The position numbers were made by a program, and so were the translations under genes. The notes beneath the pieces were generated by a model. It was given only the letters and a program-made list of their open reading frames with translations, ran no database searches and was not told where the DNA came from. From Octopus bimaculoides (lineage: Eukaryota): a stretch of DNA of 64,000 bases. Position 1 is the first letter of the stretch. Every line of letters begins with the position of its first letter. The stretch lies in the NCBI RefSeq assembly GCF_001194135.2, contig NC_068985.1, positions 30,890,829-30,954,828 of the forward strand, written 5' to 3'. Positions 38,706 to 50,913 of the stretch are shown piece by piece.

Positions 38706-39032
38706 ATAATAATAATAATAATAATAATAATCCTTTCTACTGTAGAGGCAGAAGGCCTGAACTTTTGGGGGTTGAAGCTAGTCAAATACATCAACCCCAG
38801 TGCTCAACTAGCACTATTTTATTGACTGCTAAGGGATGAAAAGTAAAGTTGAATGATTTAGTCACATAGCCAGCAGTTTTGAAGGAAAGAAAGCAGTTGA
38901 TTATATCAAACCCAGTATTTGTTTGGTAGTTTATTTTCTCAACTGGAATTCAAACTCAGGATTTATATGACTAAAACTAAATACTGCAAAAACATGGGTC
39001 TAACACTAACGATTCTGCCAGTCCCTGCCCGT

Positions 39033-39073
<41 letters not shown>

Positions 39074-39210
39074 GGGTTTTAAGTTTTGCCACAAGGGCAG
39101 CCATTTTGGGGGAGATGATGAGTTGATTACATCAACCCAGTATTTCACTGGTACTTAATTTATCGACCCCGAAAGGATGAAAGGCAAAGTCAACCTCGGT
39201 GGAATTTGAA
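38706..39210 (-). mobile_element. Cluster of three same-orientation partial SINE copies with (AAT)n tails
   Basis: Repeated ttgattacatcaacccag...gaaaggatgaaaggcaaagtc motif; (AAT)n at 38706-38727 and 39034-39072. Confidence 0.65.
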
Positions 39211-39639
39211 CTATAATAATGATAATAATTATAATAATAATTTTTTAAATAATGATAGCAGTAATAATGAAAGTTATGCATAGTTATGTAGGAATAGAAA
39301 TGCTTCTTATTTGAAGCAAAATCATCTACTGCTAGCGGGAGTGTTCTTCCATTTGGAACATATAAAAGTTAATATTTTCTCAATCCTTCAATATTTAGTT
39401 GTTAACCAAAGATTATAAGCTAGATAGGTGTTTGAAATCACACTGTCTGATAAATTACTTGACAGCCAAATAATAACAATTAGTTAAAGATATGGTTAGT
39501 ATTGACATGATTCTTAATACATTTTTTTTCTATTATAATCATAACTAGTAGAAATTAGATGTCTAAATATTTGAGATAAATTGCTAAGATTATAATTTTT
39601 TTTAGGTTATTAACCCACTTATTATTAAGTATCTGGTTC

Positions 39640-39672
<33 letters not shown>

Positions 39673-39679
39673 CATACAT

Positions 39680-40040
39680 ATATCATCATCATCATCGTTT
39701 AACATCTGTTTTCAATGCTAGCATGGGTTGGACAGTTCGACTGGGGTCTGGGAAGCCAGGAGGCTGCACCAGGCTCCAGTCTGATCTGGCAGTGTTTCTA
39801 CAGCTGGATGCCCTTCCTAACGCCAACCACTCCATGAGTGTAGTGGGTGCTTTTTACATGCCACTGGCACGGAAGCCAGTCAAGGCAGCACTGGCATGTT
39901 CGGATGGTGCTTTTTACATGCCACCGGCATGGGGATCACAACTACAATTTCCGTTTGATTTTCATTTTGATGTCGATGTACTTGACTCAATAGGTCTCCT
40001 CAAACACAGCATGTCACCCTATGATCCAAGGTACTTTTGA
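39680..40040 (-). mobile_element. RTE LINE 3' tail
   Basis: (CAT)n then gtttaacatctgttttc...ctggatgcccttcctaacgccaaccac. Confidence 0.82.
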
Positions 40041-40399
40041 ATGAGCTGGGGCTGTAATACCAGACTTGATTAAAACTAAGAATCTATGGTAGTTATGTTG
40101 TGGATAAGAATGTTATTACCTTTAGTGTAGAATTAAAGGTTTCTAGTTTGAATCTAATTTGATACTATATATGTAAATATAGAGTATGAAGATCAGAGAT
40201 CAATCTGATTGAAGCAGAGTGTAGATGTCAATATTTAAATTGTCTTATATATCTAATGATGGAATTAATAGTCCAAAAAATTATAACTGTTCTTTTGGTA
40301 TTTCACTCTTTAGCTGCAAAATTAAATTTCATGGTTATTCCAGTAATGGTGTTAAATATCTACCAAGAAATAGAATTGGTATTTTTTGCAAGTCATGCT

Positions 40400-40766
40400 C
40401 CCCAGTGCCATTTGACTGGCACCTGTGCTGGTGGCACATAAAAAGTACTGTTCGAGTGTTGGGCCTCATGAAGGCAGTGACAGGTGACCAAGATCTTTGG
40501 CAATATACCGTGCTTGTGTAGACCTGTCAAACCAAGTGAGACTGTAGTTGTGGTCATTGCCAGTGTCAGGTCAATGGCACCCATGCCAGTGGCATGTAAG
40601 AAAAACACCTGCTACACTCTTGGAGTGGTTGGCATTAGGAAGGGCATCCAACAGTAGAAACCTTGCCAAATCAGATCAGAACCTGGTACAGCTCCCCGGC
40701 TTACCAGTCAAACTGTCCAACCCATGCCAGCATGGAAAATGGATGTTAAAAGATGATGATGATGAT
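40400..40766 (+). mobile_element. RTE LINE C-terminus and 3' tail
   Basis: LGLMKAVTGDQDLWQYTVL then 3' UTR and (GAT)n. Confidence 0.8.
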
Positions 40767-42164
40767 GTTGCCTCAATGAACTTGATACATCTCAACAAAA
40801 TATAGTTTTAAATACAATGTCATTCCTCAGCAGAAGATAGATTGGTATATAAAACTGCTTTCCACTGTTAAGGGTAATGAAATTTTGAGTGGATATATCT
40901 GATTTCCACACTAAAAGGATGAAGTTAACCTCATTAAAAATATTGATTGGATTCATTTTTGATTTTTCAAATGAAGCTCTAAAACATTTGATTTTGCAGG
41001 TCAGATTAAAGCATAAACTAGATCTTGAGCATCAGATAGGGACAATTATTCATAAATTCCCTATTGATAATTAAACCAAAATAAATGGCTAAAGTGGTCA
41101 ATATAATCATAACAACTTTATTAACAATAAAGAAACAACTATGAGATGTAAGCAATGTTGTTTGCAGTGATGTATTGGAAAAGCTCATTCATATGGTATA
41201 CATACAATCCTATTAAATAAGAATCTATAGTGTGAGAGCAGAGATAGAAATTGCTTAAATGAATGCAGGCAGTTTTTTTGAGAAGACCAGTGCTTGGTAG
41301 AAAGCTTGCACTATTTCATTTTCAAGCCCTTTCAACACCATTCGTGTATCAGTTGAATCTATTCAAATGAACTCATACCTAAATTTGAAAAAGCAACTTT
41401 CACTTCCAATGTATAGACAAAGTGAAGGAAAAATAGGTCATATCTATTAATATTAAGAGTTATACACTTCTTTTTCAGTGGTTGAGAAAACAAAAGATTC
41501 TCTAAGGTGCACTAATTTGACTCAACTCTCATTTGGATTCCAACACTGAATGTATGCTAACAATATATATTTTATGGAATATTGTAAAAGTTAAAAAGTA
41601 ATTTAATACTTTACTAGAAAATTGAACTTGGAGGTGAGGTTAGACTAAACATTGTCATGAGCCAGATCCAGTTCACTGCTCATTTGTTTGACACACCTGC
41701 TTTCAAACATTTCAAGTGATTTCTTTCAAATTTTTGATTTAAAACATTAGTTATATTTGTTATCCCCTATTTTCTGCTTTTCTCACCTATAGATATCAAG
41801 CTTTATTTCATCATGTAATAAAGCTAGTAAAGAAAATCTTTCTTTTCAATTAAGGTAATAAATGAATTTAGTAAGATGAATTATTGTGATCTATCTGAAA
41901 TGAAACTCTACACTTAGTGAAGACATAATTGAATCAATTTGCCTAGATACTGATAATGTATATTATTGTCAGTTAAGAGCTGTTTTCACTTTTCTTTTCT
42001 GATATCTTAGCTAATTCATGATTACATGTACCAATTTATGTAATGTTAACTTCCTTCTGGTCTGTTAATTTTCTAGATATTTTTTTCTTCTTTTTATTGA
42101 AATATTGACGTTAAAAATAACTTATCTCTAATAATGTTGGTCTATTTTCCCTTCCATTTTCCAG

Positions 42165-42287
42165 CCTATCCACCTTGTTCTTCTGCTGAATTCACTTGCA
42201 ATAATGGCCGCTGCATTCCTTTGAATTGGACGTGTGACTTTGACGATGACTGCCATGATTATTCTGATGAAGCTAATTGTGAAGATG
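42165..42287 (+). CDS. SORL1: SORL1 exon, CR repeat 3
   Basis: ttccag / gtaagt, phase 1-1; [35 protein letters not shown]. Confidence 0.95.
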
Positions 42288-42412
42288 GTAAGTTGTTTTG
42301 GAATAACTTTTTTCCTGACTTTATCTGATTGCTAAATTACTTATGAAGTAAGATTTCTATGGGTTTTTTTTAAATCCAAACAGAATAATCTAGTACTGTA
42401 GACCAGATATTA

Positions 42413-42630
42413 TTGGCTACAAATTTTAGCACAAGGACTGCAAGTTTGGGGAAGTGGGTAAGTTGATTACATCAACCCTGTTTCTCAACTGGTGCTTATT
42501 TTTATCGACACTGAAAGAACAAAAATTAAAGTCGACCTTGACAGAATTTGAACTCAGAACATAAAGGTAGATGAAATGCCTCTAAGCATTTTGCTCAGCA
42601 TGCTGACAATTCCACTAGCTCACCACCTTA
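42413..42630 (-). mobile_element. tRNA-derived SINE copy
   Basis: Full-length match to the 5173/10871 family. Confidence 0.75.
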
Positions 42631-43637
42631 TAGACCAGGTATTATTGTACATGACTTGGAAAAAAGAGAATGCTTCATAATAGACACTGCAATTCTTTCA
42701 GAAAAAAACATTGCAAACAAAGAACTTCTAATACAAAATCTACAATACTAAAAGAACTGGTAATACATACATTACAAGTGTTCTATAAAGAGAACATAAA
42801 ATTGCTGCATAATTCAACGTGAATGTGAAATGACATTAAACATCATATAAGGTAAATGAACGTTTCTGCAGGAATGCCAAGTCATATTCACTTAGTGAGG
42901 ATGAATTTTGATGTCATTAGCGTTAGATGCAGTAAGAGCTGGTAGCAGCAATGAATTTCTTTGTCCTAATGCAGAGAAAGAAAGCAATAGCTTCCTGGAG
43001 GCAAATGCAAGCTAAACTTCTTAAATGGAGAAAAACTGACCTATTTAAGGAAATTGCTGGGCACCATTGCAATAGGTAAAAACTCCAAGCAGTGTAAAAT
43101 ATGGCTTGGACCATGATTACCAGCATGAACATCAAACTTCAAAAAGTAGTTAACCATTTAATGGTTTTAGTAAATTTATACAGAAAAAGTAAGCATTATA
43201 CCATAAAAGTCAACTTCATTATATTTTTTCTGTAAAATCTTATTCTGACATTAAATGAGTCAACTTCCTATACATCATTTTTCAAGAAAAAAAATTTCTA
43301 AAAAATTCTGAAAACAATATAAAGTTTATTTTTGTTTTTGCGGAAAAAGTGTGTAAATTACATGGATTTTTATGGTAGTCTAAAAGTCTCTACTCTTAAA
43401 TCATCCTAATACAAACTTGATAGAAAAGTAATGCACACTACTTTACATATTTATAACCCATCTAATTGCTTTTAACGTGATATAAATATGTCAATATTTG
43501 ATGCATGCAGGTCTCTATTTCTGCCTGTCTTTTCTAATGACATTTTTTAAATGCATAAGACTATAAATTTCATCAAAGCCATATTCTTTTTACCAAATTA
43601 TTAGCAGTTGCTTTATGTTTGTTTTATTTCTCTACAG

Positions 43638-43754
43638 AATTTAACCAGTGTTCTGAAGGTAATTTCCATTGCCCTAACATGCAGTGTATTCCAAGACATT
43701 GGATCTGTGATCATGAAAATGACTGTAGTGATGGTTCTGATGAGAAAAATTGCA
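43638..43754 (+). CDS. SORL1: SORL1 exon, CR repeat 4 (paralogue of CR2)
   Basis: ctacag / gtgagt, phase 1-1; [35 protein letters not shown]. Confidence 0.94.
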
Positions 43755-44378
43755 GTGAGTATTTCTGTCTCATCTTCCTCAAATATTCATAACAGATTCC
43801 TTTTCTTCAAAATGTTTTTCATGTTTTTTTTGTTTACTTTTTATCTTTTACTTGAGTCAATCATTGGACTGTGAATCTGCTGGGGCACCACCCTGAAGGG
43901 TCTGCTCAAACAAATCAACTCCAGGACTGAGTTTTAAGTCTGGTACTTATTCTATAAGTCTCTTTTGCCTAACTACTGTGGTATGAGGAGATAAACAAAC
44001 CAACATCAGTCGTCAAGTGATAGTGGTNNNNNNNNNNNNNNNNNNNNNNNNNNNNNNNNNNNNNNNNNNNNNNCATGCACACGTAAGGTGTCATGTGGTG
44101 GAGCTGATCCCAAAACCACATGGCTGCAAAGCAAGCTTCTAAACCACACAGCCATTACGAATGTTTATTTTTTTTTAATGATTTGTGAAAAATAAATTGT
44201 ATCTCACTACCACACAGGTATATGAGTATGTATGCATACACACAGTATTATAATTATACAGTTTGCTTTAAAAGTGAATATTGTGTTGCTATTTTCTCAT
44301 TATGATATCAGACCAAGAATATAATAATACTTTTCACTATCTAAAGTTTCATGCACTATTTTCATTTCCTTCTTCTAG

Positions 44379-44501
44379 CTTACCCATCATGTTCTCCTAA
44401 TGAATTCACATGTAAGAATGGTCGTTGTATTCTTTTGAATTGGACATGCGATTTTGATGACGATTGCCGTGATTATTCTGATGAAGTTAACTGTACAGAC
44501 G
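44379..44501 (+). CDS. SORL1: SORL1 exon, CR repeat 5 (paralogue of CR3)
   Basis: ttctag / gtaagc, phase 1-1; [35 protein letters not shown]. Confidence 0.94.
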
Positions 44502-44782
44502 GTAAGCCAATTTGACAATCACCCTATCCAACTGCTAAATCAACTATGACATCATTTATATAAAACATTGATATTTTCAGTTTGAGCTCATATTTTTCCC
44601 TCATTTCTTTATTTGCATATATTGCCTGATTAAAATATTAGCGTTTGATATGGATGGTGCACTATATGTTAAAACAATGGAATTTATCTTCAATCTGTTG
44701 ATAGCAGAGGTTTCTTTGCTTAATTATTTTAAATTAACCCTCATGAAGATGATGGATTTAGTTATTGGTTGACCCACTATTT

Positions 44783-46536
44783 TTTGTATATAAAATTCTT
44801 TGTCTCTCTCTCTGTCTGTCTGTTCTCTATGCATTCTCAAATGGCTCAACCAAATCAAATCAAATTTTACAAGGTAATAGTATCAGACCCTGTGAGTGTC
44901 AACATGTAATTGTTCTTTTCATTTGGATTAAAGCAATATAACATTGGCATGATTTGGTATTATGTGTGAAAAGTGAAAGAATAACATCTATATTGTAATG
45001 TGAGATAATAGTTTCACTTTTAATTCTAATGTGAAAACACTAAGATCATCTTATTTCTATTATATTTGAAATAAATGAATAATTTACATCCTAATGTGAG
45101 CAACATTACACGTCAGCAAACTTTCCATTTTTACAGCCACCACAGTGGAATGATGTATCAGAGAGTCTGAAGAGAGAGGGGAGATGAGATTTTCTCAAGA
45201 TCAGCAAATGCATACTGCAGCACATCAGATGGTGTTTCAATGCAAAAGGAAGATGAGTCTTTCCCAAGATCAGCAAAGGCATGCTGCAGCATGTCAAATG
45301 GAGTCTCAAGACAGAAGCGAGATGAGACTTTCTCAATATCAAGAAAGGCATGCTGTAGTACATCAGATGCAATCTCAATACAGAAGGGAGATGAGACTTT
45401 TTTTGTAGATCAGCAAATGCATGCTGCAGCACATCAAATGGAGTCACAAGACAGAAGCANNNNNNNNNNAAGCGAGATGAGACTTTTTCAATATCAAGAA
45501 AGGCATGCTGCAGTACATCAGATGCAATCTCAATACAGAAGGGAGATGAGACTTTCCCAAGATCAGCAAATGCATGCTGCAGCACATCAAATGGAGTCAC
45601 AAGACAGAAGCAAGATGAGACTTTCTTAAGAGTCTCCAGAGATGAAACTTTCTCAAGAGAGAAGGGGGATGAAACTTTCCCAAAATCAGCAAATGCATGC
45701 TGCAGCACTTAATGCTGGATCATTAAAACAACTTTTTAATGATTAGACAGCGGTCCAGTAGAATAGCTTCAGAAACAGACTACATACAAATTCATTCTTC
45801 ACAACTCCTGGAGCTGCTTTCAGATATGATCCATTCCGTTCTTATAAAAATGATAATTTTGCCCAAATTGGTGTGCTAAACTCAAATTGTCGTTTCTGCA
45901 AAGCTTTAAAATTTACAAATGAAACTAATAGCATGTGCTGCTCAGGTGGTAAGGTAAGATTGCCAGCACTACTAGCTCCTCCTCAACCTCTTATGGATCT
46001 TCTGGAAGGCACTTCCATCCAGTCAAAGGATTTTCTGAACAATATCAGACAATACAACCTTGCATTTCAAATGATATCATTTGGTGCATCTAAGAAGATA
46101 CTTGAACATTTAAGATCAAGGGCAAGTCTATCGCCTCATTGGTTCCCTGTTACCCACAAATGAACAAGCACAGTTCCTCTAAATTATCTTTATGAGTGAT
46201 GTAGGGCAACAAACACGAAGAAGGGGTCAAAACTTCAGACGATTGGTCGTGTTAGATGCAGCGCCGACTGCCGCAAAGGAGAGTATATTCACTGACAGCT
46301 TTTCGGTGTGTTCAAAAATCACATAACCCCCACCCCCAATTTTCCATGACAGGTTAGGACCTGCATACTCCAAATGGATGCATTGCATGTTGCTTAGTTG
46401 AATTAGCTCATCAATTACTTCACAAATGTTTTGTCGTCAATGCTGCACTTTCTCATATCACCTGTTTTAACATAACTGTGATATATATACAAGCTATGCT
46501 ATTTTAATCCCAAGCAACGCCAGATATCTCTGCTAG
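44783..46536 (+). mobile_element. Non-autonomous Helitron with RepHel N-terminal remnant
   Basis: ORF 45873..46163 CRFCKALKF.NE...CCSGGKVRLP...PPQPL...FLNNIRQYN.AFQM.SFGA is the typical Helitron Rep N-terminal Zn region; 3' end gcaacgcc...ctgCTAG|t; 5' boundary approximate. Confidence 0.82.
45181..45710 (+). repeat. 69-bp minisatellite (about 7 units, 23-aa EMRLSQDQQMHAAAHQMESQDRS) inside the Helitron
   Basis: Units start at 45181, 45250, 45319, 45388, about 45473, 45542, 45611; 10-N gap inside. Confidence 0.92.
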
Positions 46537-47093
46537 TTACAAATAAATATGTATAAATTTAGGAGTATAGTGTAATGTCAGGAGCCACGTAAAAATGTGT
46601 GTGCGTATATATATATATATATATTTAAATCCAAACCATATTTATTTTATTTCCAAAGGACAGTGGGTTGACTGAATCAGCATAGTGGCAAGCAAAATAC
46701 TTTACAATTTATTGTTACATCTACGCAGCCTGCCGTGCTAACAATTCTGCCAGCTTACTGCCAATGTTTGTTTGTGTATCAAATGTATATCTGTGTTTAT
46801 TTGTATATGTGCTTTAAATGTATGAAAGTAAACATGCTTTATCATGATTGGTTGTGCTTTGATGAAATCCTTGATAAAAACCATCAGTGAGGAAGTAAAG
46901 GAAAGCTAATTAATAACATTAGTTATGTGTGTATGTGGAGTGATGGAAGAGGGACAGTACTTTTTAATATCAGTTAATACATTTCATTCAAGTTTTAGTT
47001 AACAAAAAATTTTTTGTAGTATGTTTCACTTATTTATTCACAGCAAGAATTTTAGTTATGTATGTGGGGTTTTTTTTTTTTCATTCCATATAG

Positions 47094-47252
47094 TTTACAA
47101 AACTACAGCACCTGTTCCAACTACAACTAAGTCAAGTTCCTTGCCCAGATGTAATGGTGTAGAATTCCAGTGTGACAATGGCTTTTGTATTTTTGCCAGT
47201 GAACGTTGTGATGGCATCAATGACTGTGATGATAACTCAGATGAAGAAAACT
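47094..47252 (+). CDS. SORL1: SORL1 exon, Thr/Pro linker + CR repeat 6
   Basis: atatag / gtaagt, phase 1-1; [32 protein letters not shown]...[15 protein letters not shown](C). Confidence 0.92.
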
Positions 47253-48534
47253 GTAAGTAACAAATTGTATATTACAAAGTATAATTATTATAGTTCTAAG
47301 AATGTTAAAAAGAAAATAAAGATACTCAAGATTTTCCAAGTTAATTCAGGTGAGATACAAGAAAAATGTGAGTTCCAAATACTGAAGTAAAAAAAATAAA
47401 TTTAAAATATGGCAGCTTTAGACCAGTAATTCCATAACCATTTTAGGACACTGGTCCTCTTGTCTTCTTAAAGACAATATTTGCTATTAATTTCTTGTTC
47501 AGAATTGTACATATAGAAGATTATAATACTTCAAAATTCAAAACAGCAACAAATAGTTTCACAATTTATTCAAAATTAATTTTGCAAGGTGATGGTCAGT
47601 ATAAATAGACTAGATATAGTTTCACTGCTACTCACTAAGCTCTGAATTTCTGAAATACTCTGATGAATTTTTACCATATATTTTCCTTTATATTTCTATC
47701 ATGAGTCTTGTGAGTGAATTTGACAGGTGGAAACTGAAAGAAGTTTGTCACATATATACATTTATAATATACCTGTATATATATATGTGTGTGTATGTTT
47801 GCATCTCCTTGTCTTGACATCACATGATTTTTTTTTAAATGAAAGTCATTCATTTCCAATGTTTTAAGAAAACATGTCTAACCATAGGGAAATTATTACC
47901 TTGCTTGGAAACAGGTAAGGTTGACAACTGGAAGGGCAGCTGGCCATAGAAAATCTGCGTCTGTGTTGAAACAATGATCTGGATTTCTTTTTGTCGTTCA
48001 TGTATATTCCTCATAGTCTTCAGCATTTCATTGAGTTGTCTTGATGTTATTTGTCAAAGGTAAACCATCAGGACCAAGAAATGAAATTTGTGGCTTTAGG
48101 CCAATGTTAAAAATCATTGTTGAATTTGCTAATGGGCATGATTGGTGGAGCATCAGACAAAATATCTTGCAGTATTTAGCTATAATTCTGAGTTCAAACT
48201 TTGATGAGATCAGCTTTGTTTTTCATCATCATCATCATTGCTTATCATCCACCTTCCATGCTGGCATGGGTGGGACAGTTTGACAGGAGCCGGTGAGGCA
48301 GAAGCCTGCACCAGACTTCTGCAACTGTTTTGGCAGGATTTTTACAGCTGAATGCCCTTAAAATCTATATAACACCAGTCAACTACTGGGGAATGATTTA
48401 ATCAATTCTACTCTCTCGCTTAAATGTGTGGCCTTTTGCCATTATTGAAAATCAGTATTATAGTTTTCACTTATCTTTGTTTATATATTTTTTGGTATTA
48501 TTGCTACTATAACTGTTATTTTTACCTTTTCAAG

Positions 48535-48669
48535 GTTTTCTTTCTCCTCCACCACCAAGCTGTAAAGCAGATGAATTTCAGTGCACTACTGACAGGAAGT
48601 GCATCCTAACAAGGATGCAGTGTGATGGCCATGTAGACTGCTCTGATCGAAGTGATGAAGAATATTGTT
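48535..48669 (+). CDS. SORL1: SORL1 exon, CR repeat 7
   Basis: ttcaag / gtaagt, phase 1-1; FLSPPPPSCKADEFQCTTDRKC...CDGHVDCSDRSDEEYC. AAG acceptor supplies GT to finish the Cys codon of CR6. Confidence 0.9.
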
Positions 48670-49519
48670 GTAAGTAAAGAGAGCCCTTATTATACCAAAC
48701 TAGTACGAGAGTGGGTTGTCCATTTTCACTGATTGTGATGATATGGGTTGATATTGTATATGTGTATAAGGAAAAGAGATACATTATAAACAATAGCAAA
48801 ATTGCAGGGGAAAAGTTAATGGTAATGATGATGATTTTGATTATACGGAAGGTAAAAATTAACAAGTAAATTTTTAATTTCATTTACCTTTGGTATATGA
48901 TAGATGTGAAATATTATTCACCTTTTCTGTTCATTTATCCCTATTCTCTCTGTCACCTTGTACTTTGACCACACATCTGTCTCTCCTTCTGGGTGGGGAA
49001 GCCATGTATTCACCTCTTTGGCAAGACACCTGCTCTTGTCCCTCTATCACATTTTAATTTTCTTCAGTGCTTTACACCACTCAATCAAAGGGTCTATCTT
49101 CCCTTGTAAGTACTTGATCATCTCACTAGTGCTAGTGCTACAAAAAAAATATTCCCAGTACACTCTGTGAAGTGGTTGGTGTTAGGAATGGCATCCAGCT
49201 GTAGAAACCCTGCCAAAGCAAACCTTGGAGCTCAGCTGTCCAGTATAGAAAAAGGAGCGTTAAATGATGAAACAGTTCTCTTACAGCCTATTTTACAGTA
49301 TATAAATCACTGTTTGCACACAGTATATTTATTATTCAAGCATTTTATGACATTGTATCTTTAAATTGGGTGGAAAATGAAAAAAATAAGAACATGAAAA
49401 TGTATAAATGTCTTAACTGTTATAGCAAAAAAATTTATTAGTATCCAAAAGTTTGAGGAGCACATAAGTGGAACAGGCAATTCTTGAAGGCTAGCTGTAA
49501 CCATATTAGGTGTAGCCTA

Positions 49520-50913
49520 TGGCTGTGATCTCACTTTTTTTACCAGGTCTTCTCAATCACAGCATATCTCCAGAGGTCTCGGTCTTTCATTATTGCCTCT
49601 CGGAGGCCCAACGTTTGAAGGTCATGCTTCACCACCTCATCCCATGTTTTCCTGGGTCTCCCTCTTCCACAAGTTCCTTCCACTGTTAGGGAATGACACT
49701 TCTTCACACAGCTCTCCTCATCCATACATAATACATCACCATACCAGTGCAGTCATCTCTCTTGCACACCACATCTGATGCTTCTTAGGTCCAACTTTTC
49801 TCTCGGTGCTTACACTCTGTTGTGTATGCACACTGACATTACACATCCAGCAGAGCATACTAGTATCATTTCTTTCAAGCCTACGCATGTCTTCAGCAGT
49901 CACAGCCCATGTTTCACTGCTGTGTAGCATGGCAGTTCGCACACATGCATCGTATAATCTACCTTTCACTCTCAGCAAGAGGTCCTTTGTCACCAGTAGG
50001 GGTAGAAGCTTTCTGAACTTTGCCCAGGCTATTCTTATTCTAGTGGTAACGCTCTCTGAGCATCCACCCCCACTACAGACTTGGTCACCTAGGGAGAGGA
50101 AGCTATCAACTACTTCTAGTTTCTCCCCCTGGCATGTGATGGAATCAGTTTTCTGAGCATCTGCAGTGTTTATTGCCCCTGTGCATCTGCCGCACACAAA
50201 AGCTATCTTCCCAGTTAACTTTCCCTTGATGTTGCTGCATCTCTTATGCGTCTATATCTTACACTGGGTACAACTTATGGAGTTTCAACCTACACCTTTT
50301 CTACAGATCGAGCAGGGCTATCTACCTGAATGGATTTGTGATGTGTTCGCCTTCCTACTTACCAGGACTTTGGTTTTTGCAACATTGACTCTAAGGCCCT
50401 TAGATTCTAAACCTTGCTTCCACACTTGAGATTTCTTCTCTTGTTCTGGTAGTGATTCTGCTATGAGAGCAAGGTCATCAGCATAGAGGAGCTCCCAGGG
50501 GCAACCTGTCTTGAATTCCTCTGTTATTTCCTGAAGGACTATGATGAATAAGAGGGGGCTGAGAGCTGATCCTTGTTGAACCCCTACTTCTACCCGGAAT
50601 TTTTTGCTATACTCATTACCGACTCTTACCTTACTAACAGCATCCCTGTACAAGGCCTGTACAGCTCTTATTAACCACTCGTCAATCCCCAGTTTCCGCA
50701 TTGCCCACCAGATAAGGGATGGGAAGACCCTATCAAAGGCTTTCTCCAAGTCAACAAAAGCCAAGTATAGGGGTTTATCTTTCGCTAGGTATTTCTCCTG
50801 AAGTTGCCATACCAGGAATATAGCATCAGTGGTGCTTCTACCTGGCACAAAACTCTCCCTAATTAGTTGGGCTATGACCTTCTCCATGACCGTTATCACC
50901 TGATCCAGCAGTG
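49520..50913 (-). mobile_element. RTE-clade LINE, truncated at both ends
   Basis: ORFs 50318..50899 (DLEKAFDRV, GVQQGSALSP, YADD), 49736..50197 and 49540..49725; same family as 8165-9694. Confidence 0.93.

Noticed and set aside
41250-41560. Faint similarity to a Penelope-like RT motif on the minus strand (GIQMRV...LENLLF)
   Set aside because: Too degenerate to support without a profile search
38320-44501. Exon duplication as a haplotype or assembly artefact
   Set aside because: 16-21% exon divergence and non-alignable introns of different length are far beyond allelic difference; long reads would still be the final check
45181-45710. Regular repeat array resembling CRISPR
   Set aside because: Contiguous 69-bp units with no unique spacers, in-frame coding periodicity, inside a Helitron in animal DNA, no cas genes
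44502-46536. Helitron as the cause of the CR exon duplication
   Set aside because: It lies outside the duplicated unit, contains no SORL1 sequence, and nothing links its age to the duplication
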